A stretch of 59,519 nt of DNA. Source: Utricularia gibba (lineage: Eukaryota > Plantae > Magnoliophyta). How positions within the stretch are numbered: position 1 is the first letter of the stretch; every line of letters starts with the position of its first letter. The position numbers and the translations under genes were made by a program. The stretch spans positions 1 to 59,519 of the forward strand of contig NEEC01000050.1 of assembly GCA_002189035.1 (NCBI GenBank), written 5' to 3'. Positions 13,809 through 27,814 of this stretch are shown in pieces. Below the pieces are notes generated by a model. That model had not been told where the DNA came from. It did no database searches and saw only the letters and a program-made list of their open reading frames with translations.

Positions 13809-14832
13809 CTTGTGTGAAGGTTTTTTGTAACTGGGGACGGATCGTAGTAGTGATATTATATTGGAATTAAAGGATCATTGAGCTGAAATTTGCTCTACAT
13901 CCTGTCTGTCTTTCGAGTCTCCGATTTTTCCTGATAGGTTGGCTCGTATGGAGGAGCAACGAGAAGATCAACCGATCGGATCAGGAACGAAACTGGACAC
14001 ATTGAGGAATCAAGGATGAGATAGCATCCAGAGTTGCAGAATTCTGGTAACCAGTTTTTGTCATGAGAGTCAGAAATGATAAAGATGATATTCTTTTACC
14101 ACGACGGTGGAACGGGAGCCAGATGAGGAGCAGCGGAGCCCTGATGCGTTCAGCTGGAGTATGTTTGACGACAAGGCCCCAAGGGGTTTCCCTTCCAAGC
14201 CGTAAAAGGTAGTTGCAGTAGAATATTCAGTTCACATGAAGCCGACGGTGGCGACGAAAGATCAGCTTCAGCAAAAGTATTCTCCGTTAGTGGCGACCGG
14301 AAAAATGAAAGCAAGGACCAGAACCCGATGGTTACCAGCAGTGAGATGAAGATGGAAAAAAATGACTGATTTGAGGGTATAGGATCAAGAAGGATGAATC
14401 TCCTCAACGGTTGCAAGTATGATTAGCTGGTTCATGTGATGGATAAGTGTGTAATTAGAATGTCATTACGGTGCTAAGTAGTGCTTAGTTTAAGTGATTA
14501 ATGATCCATTATCGAGTTTGGGCCAGGCCCATTGATCCCGCTTTAGATGAGGCCCAAACCTCGTTTCTTCTTTTCCTTAAATACTTATTGTTTGAGGATG
14601 ATAATAAGGTTTTGGCTACGTATTTAGGTTAATTAATGAACTCAATTTGCGTGCACTTTTTTCCGGAGGCGATGGGGATGTTCCTCTGAGATTCGACTAC
14701 ACGGATCCCTTACCTACCGTTATTTTCTTGAATCGTCGCCGGAGCTCAGCCGGGATCGGACTCTCAAATTGAGACCCTCGTTTCTTCTTTTCCTCAAATA
14801 ATTGGCGCATCTATTGACGATCCGCTTAGGAA

Positions 14833-16588
14833 ATGAGTACTGGGGAGCTTCTCCAAATCGAACCGCTTGAGCTTCAATTTCCTTGTAATTTCCTTGACTC
14901 ATGAATTTTTTTCCGTTTCTTTTTGGTTTTTACGCTGATTTTCGGTGTTTTTTTATGTGATTTGGTCTTTACGGATCGGTTCCATGCATTTTTGTTTTGT
15001 GATTTGATCATTCTTGGGTTTTGTTTTTCTTTTTTCTTTTGTATCTTGCCAGTTGAATTGAAGAAGCAGATCTCGTGTTCGTTGCAACTGACTAACAAGT
15101 CCGATGATTATGTTGCATTCAAGGTGCGTTTCTGTACAAGTTCTTGTACTTGAGATTTTATTGTGTAATGTCTTTGCCGACATAAGCGTACAATTCCGAT
15201 GAAAACTGTCTTCTGTATAAGTCCGTCCGAGTACTTTGTATTTGCTCGTTAGTGATTTCATTGATGCCTACCAGGTGAAAACTACCAACCCTAAAAAGTA
15301 TTGTGTGAGACCAAATACTGGAGTTGTGATTCCTCACTCCAAGTGTGAAGTTGTGGGTAATGGATTTTAATTTTTACTCCCTGCTTTGTTCAGTTTTTGT
15401 ATGGAGAACAGAGAACCAAGTACCGGATTATGTTTTCTTCTTGAAAAGTTATGCATTTCTGATCCATTAGTTCATTCATGATTCAGTAACGATGCAAGCC
15501 CAAAAGGAGTCTCCCCCAGATTTGCAATGCAAGGATAAGTTTCTACTCCAGAGTACAGTAGCAAGCCCTGGATTAACTGGAAAGGATGTTACTGCAGAAA
15601 TGGTATTTGGTTTCTCTGAGATTAGTTTATTCATAGTGTAGGTGCTAAGAAAATCAACAAATTGACTGGTGCTACTGTTTTTTTTTTTTTTGGTTAGTTC
15701 AACAAAGAGTCGGGAAATCGTGTTGATGAATGCAAATTGAGAGTTGTGTATGTTCCACCTCCAAGCCCACCTTCTCCAGTTCACGAAGGATTAGAGGAAG
15801 GTTACTCACCACGTGCCTCTGTATCGGACAATGGGACTGTCAATCAGGATTCCGATTCTAATGTGGTGAGCATAGTGCCTAAGCATTCGAATGCACTGTC
15901 TTATATCCTACAATATTAGATATTTTTCCTTTTGTAAAAACTTGTTGTGCCTTTCGTAATTGCAGATATCCAAAAATGAAAGCGTCTCTGAGGTTAATCT
16001 CCTTTTCACCTCTGTCAGTAATTATCATCATTCTTTCCATTGCAAGTATGCCTCTGAGAGATCTTTCACAACTCGGATATCAGTAAATAACTCACTATTC
16101 AAGATTGCAAAATTGACTTTATATGACCAGAATATATTCAATGTACTGTTTGAGGAAAACTGTGCAATATCCAGGGATGCTCTAAAATGCAGGATATGAT
16201 GCATAATAGACTTTGACAACGAACTGCAGTAGCTACAGATTGATGAACACCAAAGCTGTTTTTCGTTATTAGTTTCCCCTCAAATTGCAGGTCCAAGCCC
16301 TGGTCTCCAGGCTAACTGAGGAGAAGCAGTCTGCCATTCGGTTGAATAACAAGCTTGAACGAGAATTGGTAAGTCCCCCACATCTTCTCAGAGCTAAACC
16401 CCCCTTCCCTGGTGTAAGGACAGTTGGAACCGTATTGCTTACTCAATCGGGTTCTAAATCATTTCCTTACATCTTTGCAGGCGATTTTACAACGCCAAGC
16501 TCGTAGAAGCAAGGGCCCACCCTTTGTGCTTCTTGTCTTTGTTGCGTTGGTAGGTATCCTCACGGGCTATCTCCTCAAGAGGGGGTGA
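14833..16588 (+). CDS. VAP27: VAMP-associated protein (VAP27/PVA, MSP domain plus C-terminal TM), multi-exon
   Basis: MSTGELLQIEPLELQFP, LKKQISCSLQLTNKSDDYVAFK|VKTTNPKKYCVRPNTG, PPDLQCKDKFLLQS, coiled coil and a hydrophobic tail ending at 16588. Confidence 0.93.
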
Positions 16589-17778
16589 GTTGGAACCTCG
16601 TGAGAATTGGTCTTTCCACTGTCAGTAAAAACGCCGTTTGTTGCTTCATTGTTTTTTTTCTACTGACTACGGTAATTTTTCTTACTTTCAAGTCATGCTC
16701 TTTTTTGTTTCTGAATCCATGTTAATTCATAACTAGCATCTTGTAAAAAGTGGCACAGAAAGGATTCAACATCGTGATTCACTATCAATTGTCTCCTTTG
16801 ACTTGGTTTATCTACCCGTCTGACGGCTTTTTACAGTGGGTTTAAACAGTGGAAAACAGTTTACCATCATGTGTTGTTCCCTTCGTTGTTGGTCTCGAGT
16901 TGTGTTGTGAAGGGATCAATCTTCCTTGGTTTGTCCATCTGTTTAATCCATGGAGACAGGGACGGGACGTTGAAGGAAACAGGATGCAGAGTCACGGAAT
17001 GTGCGAGACTCCTTTCTCTGCCACATGTCTCGCTTCGTGGCGTCGTGTCCTTGTCCCACGTCAATGCACTCTACCCCAAGGATAAGTCTGTCATTTAGAG
17101 CAAAACTTCATCCAAGAATCCAATTCCAAATCTAACCTTATTCGCCACCAGCTTCGTCAACCCGCAGTTATTGCTCTTGTTCAAGGCCTTTCTCACCGCG
17201 TAGAGCACCGAGGGGTATTAGTGTCAACTTGTATTTATTGGTACGGAGATGATGTCCATCCATTCCATAATAAAAGAGGATTAAGGGCATTAAAGGAACT
17301 TACACCTAATCCGTACATTAATTAGCATCAAAATAAGTGGACGAGACCGGATGAATTTCATGTAATAATTATACTTTTGTAGGATTAAAAAATAATTAGA
17401 TGGGTGTGGGGCCCAGTATAATAGGAGTAGTCCCCATGCGCCATGATGAACACACCTCTTCATTAATTACCTCAAGCTAATTACCACAATTTTAATTAAT
17501 TACACCATTAAGTAACAAAATAATTCAAAACCGAACCCCTGAATTTGAATACATATACATATAAATTTAATTTTGTTGTTAATATATGTGTTATAATAAA
17601 ATATAGTATCACCTTCGATTAACATATTTTTTGGAACAAAAATGTGAACTAAAATAATGCATAAATTTCGAACACGAAAGAGAAGGACACGTGTCTTTAG
17701 CGACAAGGAGCGAAACATTGCCAAAGAAAGAGTTAGTGCAACCCCACCGATGAACAGGCACACGTTAGACGACGATGA

Positions 17779-19925
17779 TCACGGACTTGATCGGAATCTG
17801 CACCTCCAGGCGGAGACAGCAGTGAGCTCCTGCCCTCTCCAGCAAAGAACCAGCGACGACTGCCTCTTTTCGACCTGAAATCCCTGAACCGGAGTCCTGT
17901 TGATGACGCACTCTGCCTGCGATTCTGCCAAGTTGCTGAATGCCACGGGGGAGAAGCCGGATGACAACAACATGGACCTCCAATGCTGAGTCTTCTTCAG
18001 GGAACGGAATCGGCTCGTCACGATTCGTTCGAGTGCGGGTTGAATCAAGAAGCTTTCGATCTTCTGCAGGGTATCAAGATGGGGATTAGCAGCATAAATG
18101 GAGTCCAATACGGTGGTGAGGGAATGCAGAGCATGGATCAGATGGTCAGGGAACGAGAGATCAGTCCGATCGCATCCTTGGTCTGTGGAGACGACGATTC
18201 TGGGCCGTAGCTGCTTCACCAACCTGAGAATCAAAGGCATTGAGAACTGATAATTGGCTACGGATCCAACTGGGAGATTCACAGCAACTGCGCCAGCCTC
18301 TGACCATGAACCAGAGCTCAATGAATCGATGCTCGTAGCTTCGAACTCGAACGATATATTGACATCATTCGCGAACTGAGTCAAGTTTTCCCGGATCAAG
18401 CCGAGTTCGAGGTGATTGTTGATCAATGGCGAGACGATAGCAGTGATCTTCATGGAAGTAGATCGGCCACTTCGTAATGCAAGTTCTTGGATAAGAGAAG
18501 CCCACTGTCCGCCATAACCAATATCGAAGTCGATAATGTGGATCCGGTTGAACCCCTCCAGAGACTCGAGAATGGCTTGATTGGAAGTCAAGTTTTGGAA
18601 GTGCAGAAGTGGGGATATCTCAGAGAAGGCTTTGTATGCTCCAATCCGAGAAATGATGCTAAATGGCGGCGTCTTCCTCACCGTCGTCATCAAGGGATCA
18701 TCGACGTTGTTGCTGGTGGATTGGAGGAGCAACTGCAATGCCTCCTTGGAATAAAAAGCAGCCCTCTGGAAAGGAATTCCATTGGGAGAGAGCTGATGAT
18801 TGAGCCGCGCCAATATCCCGTGCGCGAGTACAAAGTTCCCTGTTTGGACGAGCTCCGCCGCCTGGTAAAGCAGATCACTCGTCGCCTGCTGTCCGAAATC
18901 ATCACAAACAGTTAACTTTGGCTTCTCCTTCTGCCATTGGTGTTGACAACTAGGAAGAAACTGAAGCTGAGGGGAAAATTGCTGCTGAAGAAACACTGTA
19001 TGTTGCCCAGAATCCATGAAAGGCCCTTTAGAGATCTGGCCGGCAGAGTCAAGGCCGACGTCAGCGAAGCGACCGAAGTTTTGTCTTTTCGCCGGTGGTG
19101 GACAAAGATGCTCTGTTCTTGCTGCACCGAGGATGGGACGGGGAAGAAAAAGGAGGGATTTTGGGACTGCTGATTGATCAGAATGTGAGAATTTAAAATG
19201 GAGGGCTTCGTTTCGGGACAGGGATGAAGAATGCCTTGGGAAATGGGGGAAAACTTGAAACATGTAGGTTGATCAGGATAGGGGGACAAAGAAGAAATCC
19301 TTTGAGAACTGGGTCTGTCGTTATCGAGGAAGACTGGAAGCGTGGGCGTCTGATGCACAGCCGCGAACCCACTGCTAAAGTCGAACTCCGCCGCCGGAAA
19401 CACGCCGCCGGCCCCAATCTGAGGAGCCTTGTTCATAACCAGAGCTGCGTCTTCAGCGTCAGCCATAATCCACCGAAGAATGGACTCTTCGTGATTGGGA
19501 GAAACCGCAGTCGACGCCGACAGCACGCTCTCCCAATCCTCCATCGTAAATTTCTCCGTCCCCCCACAGCCGACGCCTTCAAATTCCATAGAACGGGGAG
19601 ATGCGATAAGAGCTTTTCCAACGGCATTGGAGCTTGTAGCAGTAGAGCCCCGTTGCCATTTCGCCGCCGTGTCAGTAGAAGCACTACCGGCAACGGTGCT
19701 CCCCCCTCCCTCGCCGAGAGATGAAGACAGTGTTGACGACGATGTGGGTCTGCTCGGAGTAGAAGCAGACTCCAGCACAGACGTAGGCTCACCAAAACCA
19801 CTGCAATTACTCAGCTGCAACAACTCACCGCCACTGTCCGAGAAAAAGGTTCGATTTTTCACGATCAAATCCAAGTCCAACACCTCTTTCCCCTCAAAAT
19901 CTAAGGGCAAGGGCATCCCCTTCAT
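17779..19925 (-). CDS. HAM: GRAS transcription factor, HAM/SCL6 clade, intronless; one frameshift near 19100
   Basis: MKGMPLPLDFEGK start, EPTSVL and WIM motifs, VHIID box (RIHIIDFDIGYGGQWASL), SAW motif and miR171 site. The two ORFs join by adding one base at 19100-19101 (IFVPPPAKR). Confidence 0.93.
18797..18817 (-). promoter_or_regulatory. miR171 target site in the HAM mRNA
   Basis: The + strand reads TGATTGAGCCGCGCCAATATC, the mature miR171 sequence as recalled, so the minus-strand mRNA carries a perfect complement. Confidence 0.95.
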
Positions 19926-22349
19926 CTAAAAATCAAACTCCAACCGAAACAGCAAAGACCACACCCCAGAAAACACCATCCACAATGCAAGAACCTCAAG
20001 AACACCACATAAACATGCACCCTTCCTGCAATGGCAGATTCAGAAGAAATCGGGTGGATGAGTGCGACATCAAAAAAGTAAGAAAAACAAAGAAAGAAGC
20101 TTCCTTCCGTGAAAAACCCCAAGTTCTTGTTCTTCACCTCGCCCTTCTAAGTTTGTCTGGCTTCCCCACTTATCCTCCTGCTAGACTTCTTCATTATCTC
20201 CTCGCAGGCCCACACGCATCTCTCTACCGTGCTCCCACGCGATTCTCTCCATTTTTTTTCGAACACTCGCTCCCCCAGGCTCACCGGATCTTTTCTTGCT
20301 CCACAGTACTGGGCTTTCAAATCCAATCCGCAACGTTCTGGAATTCAAACTTCATTTTTCAAGAAAAAGGGTCGTGGGGTGCACGCGTGGAAGAGGGGCG
20401 TTGCCCCAGGGAGATGGTTGCTTTTCGACTGTAGTTTTCTACAGAGACCAACGCTGCATCGGAGCCCTGAACTGGCAGGAAGAATCGAACCCCCGGGCTC
20501 CCGAAACTACCCCTCGGTCTCTCCGCAACACACTGCGCATCGCCTCAGGGGTATTCTGATAATTACACACTGCTGTCCTGGTGCTTCTCCGATTCTGACG
20601 GCAAGAAAGCGAAAGGGAAGGCCTTGGTTTTGGTTTTCGTTATTTAAAAATATCAAGGGAATTATTTAACTATATTATTTATTTGAATTAAGTAACAAAT
20701 ATTTGTATTAATATTGGGTGGTTTTTTAATGCGTCAAATTAGAAACAATACAATTGATTTTTTATTTTAGGGAAAATTCAAATAATGATTTTTTATTTTC
20801 CAAATGATTACTTATTTCAACGTCTCTTTCGGTCGCTCGAGCACCAGAGTAAAAGCTCCAGAAAAGGCAATAAAAGGAGTGCTGGGGCCGGGAGGGTGGG
20901 GGGACTCTTTGGTCAATTCGGAGGGACGTGCACATCGCTTTAAACATTTTCAGGGGCATAAATGTAATTGTACATAAAATAATAAATTCTTTTTTATTAT
21001 TATTGTCTTTTATAAAGATGCAAAAAAATAAAATCTGTTTATTCTTTTATATTATCTCAATAAAAAGAAACAAAAACTCAAATTTTTGAAATAAAAAATT
21101 GACATGTCCATTTCAATGCCCAATGTTTTAAGATTTGAGATTAGATCTAGTTCGTTTTAAATCAAAAACTTTTTAAAATTCGTTTCAATAATTTTTAGAT
21201 TATTAATGTAATGACTTATACCCACCTTGCACGATATTACATAATTTTACATTTTTTTTCATTTTTGTTCTGCATTCCCATAAGATCATATATCCTTGGA
21301 TTATTCTAGATCAAACATATTTAATTTTAGAATTACTATAAAAATACTCCATCATATTTAAGAAAAGACTTCGTACAAGATTTAAATAGTCATTTTAATC
21401 AATCTCATCTTATTCTTCATCAATAACCGATGGGTCGGGCCATGGTAAAATTAGTCTCAGATTCGATTTTTCAATATTTTAATCAAGGTAAAATGATACA
21501 TTGTTTGTATTGACTTGATCCGCTATGAATGCTAGCAATGTTACACTTGATGCCTTTTCTAAACGCATGATGCTATCGCTTGGCTAAGTTAACTAGTTAT
21601 TTTGCTGCAAATAATATGAAACGAATATGTAACAAAAACAAAGTGTTGGAATGCAAACTAGTAAGCGGTAGGCAAGAATAAATTAGTTACTAGTTCATTG
21701 TACTTTGATGCTTAAACAACTAGTCTATGCTATATAACCTAACTTCAATTCAATGCAACATTATTATAATAAAAATGAAAGGATTCTTCCTCCTTTCCAA
21801 TTCTCATCCCAAAGTCATAGTTACCCTATGGTAATATTTGATTTATGGTAGTGATAGGGGTTTAAAGGTAAAATTCCAAATTGTACCATGTTTACTTCAT
21901 GTGTTTAAATTAAACTTGAATTATGAGGTTTTTTTTTTTAAAAAAAAATCTTTATACAATAGTTTATGTAAAACTACACTTTACTTTATTTTATTTAATA
22001 TTATTTATACTAATATTAACTAAATACAATCTAAAAAACTAATTCTTATACATCATATTTACTTAAATTCAAATAAATTAAACTTATTTTTTCCTGCTTC
22101 ATCAACCAAGCATTCAATGAAGTGAAATGTATTTAAAATCATTACATGGATTGACGTGCATGGGCTAACCCATTTCTGGGCTTGGCCCAAAAGGAACAGC
22201 CCAATCTCCTCAACTTTTTACTCCCCGCAATCCTTATGCAATTTGAGAGACAAAACAAACGTCTGATTAGGGACGATATGGGAAGTTGACAAGGTAGTTG
22301 ACTAAGAAGAAACCCTAACCACATTAGCAACAACACGAGTCGAAATTTT

Positions 22350-24251
22350 CTACGGTGATATTCCGATGTTGGTTTCGGGGGCGAGGATACCTCCTTTCGC
22401 CATCGCATCATCTCCATCCTGCACAGCATTTGCACGTCGGATAATTCGGATACCGATCGATCGGAAGTCGCATTGTTACGAGATGTATAGGTACCTGTTG
22501 GCAGACATCCGGCTTCTTCACTGGCGGATCGGGCGTGCCACCGAACTGAATGTGAGGGAAATGAGCCCACTGCAGCAACAATGGAGAAGAACACGAATAT
22601 TCCAAACTAATCATGGTTAGAACAGATGAGCACGGGAAAGGGCGAATCAGGGTTAGGAGAAAACGAAAAGGAAGCCCTAGGGTTTAGTAGGGCGACTGTT
22701 GTTGTTAAATGGAGTGGTGGCGTACGTTTTTGGCAGCGGCGCTGAAAGCTTCTCTGTGACTGATATCTGGGTTTCCAGCTTTGATTCGTTGAATCTCCTC
22801 TCTGCAAAAAGTCGAAAAAGGGTTCTTTTGTCAACAGACGCCTTTAGGGTTCACCTGTCTGAAACCTTTCTCTCCCAACACTCGGGCTTTCATTGCATCA
22901 AGGAGCCTGAAAAGACGCTCCTAAGGCTGCCATTCCACACCCCAGGACACTTGGTGGGATTTAGCATTCTACTGTTTTTTCTGAATCCATTCGATTTCTT
23001 TAGCATAAATGATACTAAATTATTATTGGAGAATTATTCTAAAAACTTGAAATTAGGGTTTTGGAATTTCATACCACTTAAGTGTGCTCCTATCATGAAC
23101 ATTCATTCATTTAGAATTCAGAAAATCGTTACAAAACTGGGTTAGAGTGAAGCTTACTTGATGAAGCGATTGTAAGCAGAAGGCACTCTTTGTCGTTTCT
23201 CCAGAGCTGAAACAGAAAAAAAAAAAATGGGACAAGTGAAGAAATTATGAAGAGCAATAAATTCACTGTCTTTTTTCACTTTTTTTATTGTTTCACTGTT
23301 TACTGTCATTACCATCTTCCCATCATTTCTCCATCATTATTTTATGATTCCACCTTCATAAAATAACCCTAGTGAGAAAAACAGCAAATATAGGGGTTTT
23401 TTTTTTCTGTAAGGGCTGTCATGACACGCTGAAGTGTTGATGAACAATCTGGGTATCAGAAGAATAGGATTGAAACTCCCATTTCTGAGGATGGGGCAAA
23501 ACTGCTGATGAGTAAAAAAGAGCAGTTTTTATCTTCTTGTCTGGGAACCAATTAACTGCTTTGATAAAGGGAAGTGTCTTGATGGTGAAAGAACCATCAG
23601 ATAGCACATGCCAATGAGGTAGATATCACAGCGGTAAGTGTGCGTTTAGCTTAAAGTTTAGCCATGGCTGGAGAACGGAAAAGAAGCTTACGTCTGTGAA
23701 CCAAGGGTGGCTTGGGAAGCTGGTCGTTGATTCCCCGGAACGGTGTCGGCGTGTGGGTGGGGATCTGCTGATGGATACCCTGCTGGTTCACCGGTGCAGT
23801 GAGAAAATCCCCCTGTAATGGAGTTGTTTTAATAAAAAAAGAAAGTGAAGGTTTCTCTGGGCTCTGAAAACCCTAGTTCTACCGGAATGTTGTGAGGAGT
23901 GAGGAAGGAGTTCCCAAACTGGAGCTGATTGTTAGGAGTAGCAGGAAGAAGAACTCCCCGCATGTTCAAAGAGAATAGGTTGCTGCAATGGCCGCAACGA
24001 ACCGCCGCCGTCTTCAACAAGCTCACACAAGGAACACTCACCTATGAAGTAAATCAATTAACTGACCTGGGAATATCTCGTAAGCCATCAAGAGACAGGA
24101 AAAATTTATCACTCTTCTACTCAGAATCTTAAGGTGGGAGTTTACACTTTACCGCGAGGACGGTTTGGCAGAGAGTGCACTTGACGTAGCAGAGCTTCTC
24201 TTGGAGATGGGTAGGGAGCTGTTCGGGTTGAAAACAAGAAGAAGTGGACAT
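22350..24251 (-). CDS. YABBY transcription factor (FIL/YAB3-like), 7 exons
   Basis: Zn finger [14 protein letters not shown]|[18 protein letters not shown] domain [15 protein letters not shown]|[25 protein letters not shown]|[10 protein letters not shown], ending NIGISP*. Confidence 0.93.
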
Positions 24252-26391
24252 TCTGCTGTGTGACGCCTGAAGGCTTGACTGATTGATAGAGGAACAGCAT
24301 GCGAGTAAAGTGATTATATACAGAGATTGAAAAGAAAGAGTTTTTCTCTTTCTTGTCTGTCTGTGTGTGAATCATGAGGGTTTTCACTGATCTTCCTTCG
24401 AATGTTTTTTGTGTTTGGGCTTCTGTTTACCAAAAGACAGGCGGCAGAACAACAAGACAGTCAAGGAAAACAGAAGCCTCCTTTGTCCATTGAAATACAA
24501 GATCTAGTGCATGTTCCTAATTCGAGTTTAGCTTCCTTATTACCCTCTTTCGTCCGTTCCTCTGGTTTCGTTACTTAGTTAACTGTATTCACCTCCCGCC
24601 GCCGGGAAGACATTTTCTTTGAAAAGCGACGACCGGGTTTGGAGCCTTTTGCTGCAACTGGGAAATAAATAAAGATTATAAAGCGAATACTTCCAAAGTG
24701 ACATAACTCGCCTATCCATCCTTTTGTACTCAAACACGCTACCCAACAACACTCAAACAAGCCTCAGAATCTAAAATGCCATTCATTTGTATTATTTCCT
24801 AGGATTTTTCTTTCCAAACTCACATCTCAGATTCAGATTTCAACCCTGTGCTTGTCTGGATAATACTTTCTTCTGTATAATTCATTTTATTTTCGATTTT
24901 AAAACTTGGTTGTATCTATATATGATGAGAAGGTTGCTGCAAGTGGGGACCGATTTCATGGAGATTTATTTAATTATACTGGGAGGAAATGGAAATGGGA
25001 ACTGATTGAATGGATCAGCGGGAAATGGGAGATCGGAGGAGACTCAGTCAGAGGAGCAGACGCCGCAGAGCCGCCCGGAAAGAGAACCGGAAACCGACGT
25101 GTGCATGGGCCTCTCATTATGTGTCACTCCCTCTCTTATACACAAGAACCCCATTACTGATTCTTGCTGCAAGTTTAGTGTTCCTTCGGCTCGAATCTTA
25201 TACATTGCAGTCCGAAAAAGAAACTGAACACTTATGTTGTGACATGAACATCGCATCTAAAAAAATATGAAAACGGGATTGATCAAATTTGCAGAAGAGT
25301 TGGTGTAGGGTGTTAAGTTGAGAATGCGACTGCATATGTTGCCGTGTCCGACACCTTTTACAGATTGTCCTTTTGGTTTCCCCGTGTCTCCTCTTTCGAA
25401 TTCAATTTTCGTGTAGTACCTTAGTGGGTACCAACCTGCTCCCCTTTTTTTAGTGTTTTTTTTCTTAAAAAACACTCGAAATGGTGTCCAAACTCTTTCA
25501 TGCATTGGATCATGTCTTGAATTACAGAATTTGAATTTTTTTTGATTTTACTACAGAATGGTTAAACATTAAAATTTTCAAAAATTAAATAAAATAATTC
25601 AGAAAATTTAGAAAACAGAATGGGCCCTCATTTTTTAAAAAATTAATAAAATAAAGATTAAAACTCGTGCGTGGGCCGTGGCCCATCAATTGACCCAGAT
25701 GTGGTGGGCTTTTAAACAAGCCCAGACGCGAGACCTCGCATTGACTCGTGTGTTGACGATTTCGCTTCCGTACGACAAATTTTCCCTTATTGAGTGTTGA
25801 CTTTTCCGACATGAAGCTGGAGATTTTTCCTTTTTTTGAGGATATGAAAAAATCTAGAGCCGTGTCTCGTTCCGCTAAAGCATCGCGATCCGTACTCATG
25901 TGGGGCCCTCAAGGTGTGCGTACGGCTTCAACGCACGTGTTGGTTTTTTTCAACATTCAAGAACGGGGTACGAATGCCCTATTTGATTTTCGTCTTATCC
26001 AAAGGAAATTGATTTATATATTTTTTACATATATATTATCAAATAATCAATTATTAAATCATACATTGGCACACATGAGCATTTAGTTTATATTATAAGA
26101 ATGATAAAACGTATCGATCATTTGTAATTGGCGTAGGTCCACCCGGCCAATCAGAAGGTCACGCGTGGCTATGAATTTCCGCAATTTCGGAAATTTCCAC
26201 GTTATTTCTCGTTACTGAATTCTTCAAGTCCACACGCCCCTGTTTATCTGCAGCTTCAGTCTCAGCCATTCTCCCGGCGTCTCACAACCCGCCTTTGGTG
26301 CTACCCTGTGGTTGGACCAAAGGGAGCTCTGTTTTAGAGAGTTTTCCGGCGAGGGACAACAGAAACCACGTCCACAGCGGCGCCGGGAACC

Positions 26392-26901
26392 ATGGGAAGG
26401 ACACGGGTCTTTTTCATTAAACGCCGCATCTCCACTCTTCTCCGGCGATTTTCCCGACGCGGATGCTCCTCGAAAGGCTATCGCCGTCTAGAGCCTGCGC
26501 AGGAGTCACACCGCAACGCCTTTTCAGAGCTCATCAATCGCCTGAGAGCCAGGTTTAAAGCAGTCCTGACCGGGAAACATCTACCCGGCCCGAAATATAG
26601 CCGGATCGGGTTACCTCCTCCAGCCCCAAAAGGGCAAATAGCAGTTTACGTTGGGGAGGAGGATGACGACTTCCAGAAAGTTTTCGTGCCGGTTGTGTAC
26701 TTCAACCACCCCTTCTTCTGGGACCTGCTCAAGGAATCCGAAAAGGAATTCGGGTATAATCATCCGGGCGGGATAACGATACCCTGCCGGATCTCCGAGT
26801 TCGAATCGGTGCGAAGCCGGATCCGGGCGGTGCAGAGCTGCCACAAGGCCTGGAGATGGAAGAGGATATGCACGAAGAAGACGACCATCGAAAACGTTTG
26901 A
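26392..26901 (+). CDS. Small auxin-up RNA protein (SAUR36-like, long N-terminus), intronless
   Basis: APKGQIAVYVG, VFVPVVYFNHPFFWDLLKESEKEFGYNHPGGITIPC. Confidence 0.92.
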   Translation: MGRTRVFFIKRRISTLLRRFSRRGCSSKGYRRLEPAQESHRNAFSELINRLRARFKAVLTGKHLPGPKYSRIGLPPPAPKGQIAVYVGEEDDDFQKVFVPVVYFNHPFFWDLLKESEKEFGYNHPGGITIPCRISEFESVRSRIRAVQSCHKAWRWKRICTKKTTIENV

Positions 26902-27814
26902 AAATAGTTCGCTTTTTGGTATACCTGTCAATTCAATCCCTCGTGTCGCAGACCATTTCTTGTTAAAAGGAGAAGAAGAATTACAAGAAAAGTGGGAGAC
27001 GGCGAGGATGAGTCATGGCGCACCGTAGGCGTGCAAATCCAAAATCACTAAACCCCTCCTTCAACCTTTCAAAAATGAATTTGAAATGGAAAATAAATTT
27101 GGAATTAATTATATGAAAAATCGAATTGCAATATCAGTTAGAAATCAAATTTATATTGCATCATGAGTGAAATGGATTTGGGGCAAACCCGACAAGCGCA
27201 ACCCGAGTCCAAACCCTGTCCATATGACGAGTTTGATTAACGATGATTATAAAATTTTTGTGATATTTATTTTATATTATTTGTTGGTATTTAGTGGATT
27301 AGATGGATCACTTCTCCTCATACTAATTTAATCTATTGAATATTTTAATTACTCATATATTGTATTTGTTGATAATTTTTATGAATTACAGTTTTTTAAT
27401 AATTTCTGATTCTATTAAAGTTAGAAATTTGATCACTATTATTAATTTGCCAACACGTTTTCCGTACAGTTGCGTGTTAAAATTGATTTACTAATTTTAT
27501 TGGAGGGGAGAGTTGTAATGCTTTTTAATATTAAAAAAGGAATAAAAAAAGAGAGTAGTGGTAAAGAGGAAACTAGGAGTGGAAGTAGCAAATACTCCGG
27601 ACGTGTAATTTTTCTGCCCCGCAGAGCTCGCAGGAGAACCCTAATTCTCAGACATCCGCTTGAATTACTACGAATCCAGGTACGGGCTATGGCGCTTTTC
27701 TAATTGGTGGTGTTCTTTTTACTGGTGATGGGCGGTGTGCGTGTCAAGCTTGGGGACATTTTGATGTTTGGTAATAATGTCTCTTATTCGTAATTTCAAT
27801 CATTTCTTGAAGAG

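Noticed and set aside
16849-17330. Protein-like open stretches between VAP27 and HAM
   Set aside because: No start/splice structure or recognisable motif ties them to a gene.
17779-17800. HAM C-terminal extension beyond SAWRC
   Set aside because: Only six extra residues, and it could be a single-base error or trivial stop drift.
18797-18817. MIR171 gene on the + strand
   Set aside because: The 21-mer lies in the HAM coding region and no star arm or hairpin was seen. It is the target site.
25385-25868. AuxRE hexamers (TGTCTC at 25385 and 25863) upstream of the SAUR gene
   Set aside because: Plausible but single hexamers occur by chance, so they were not called as features.
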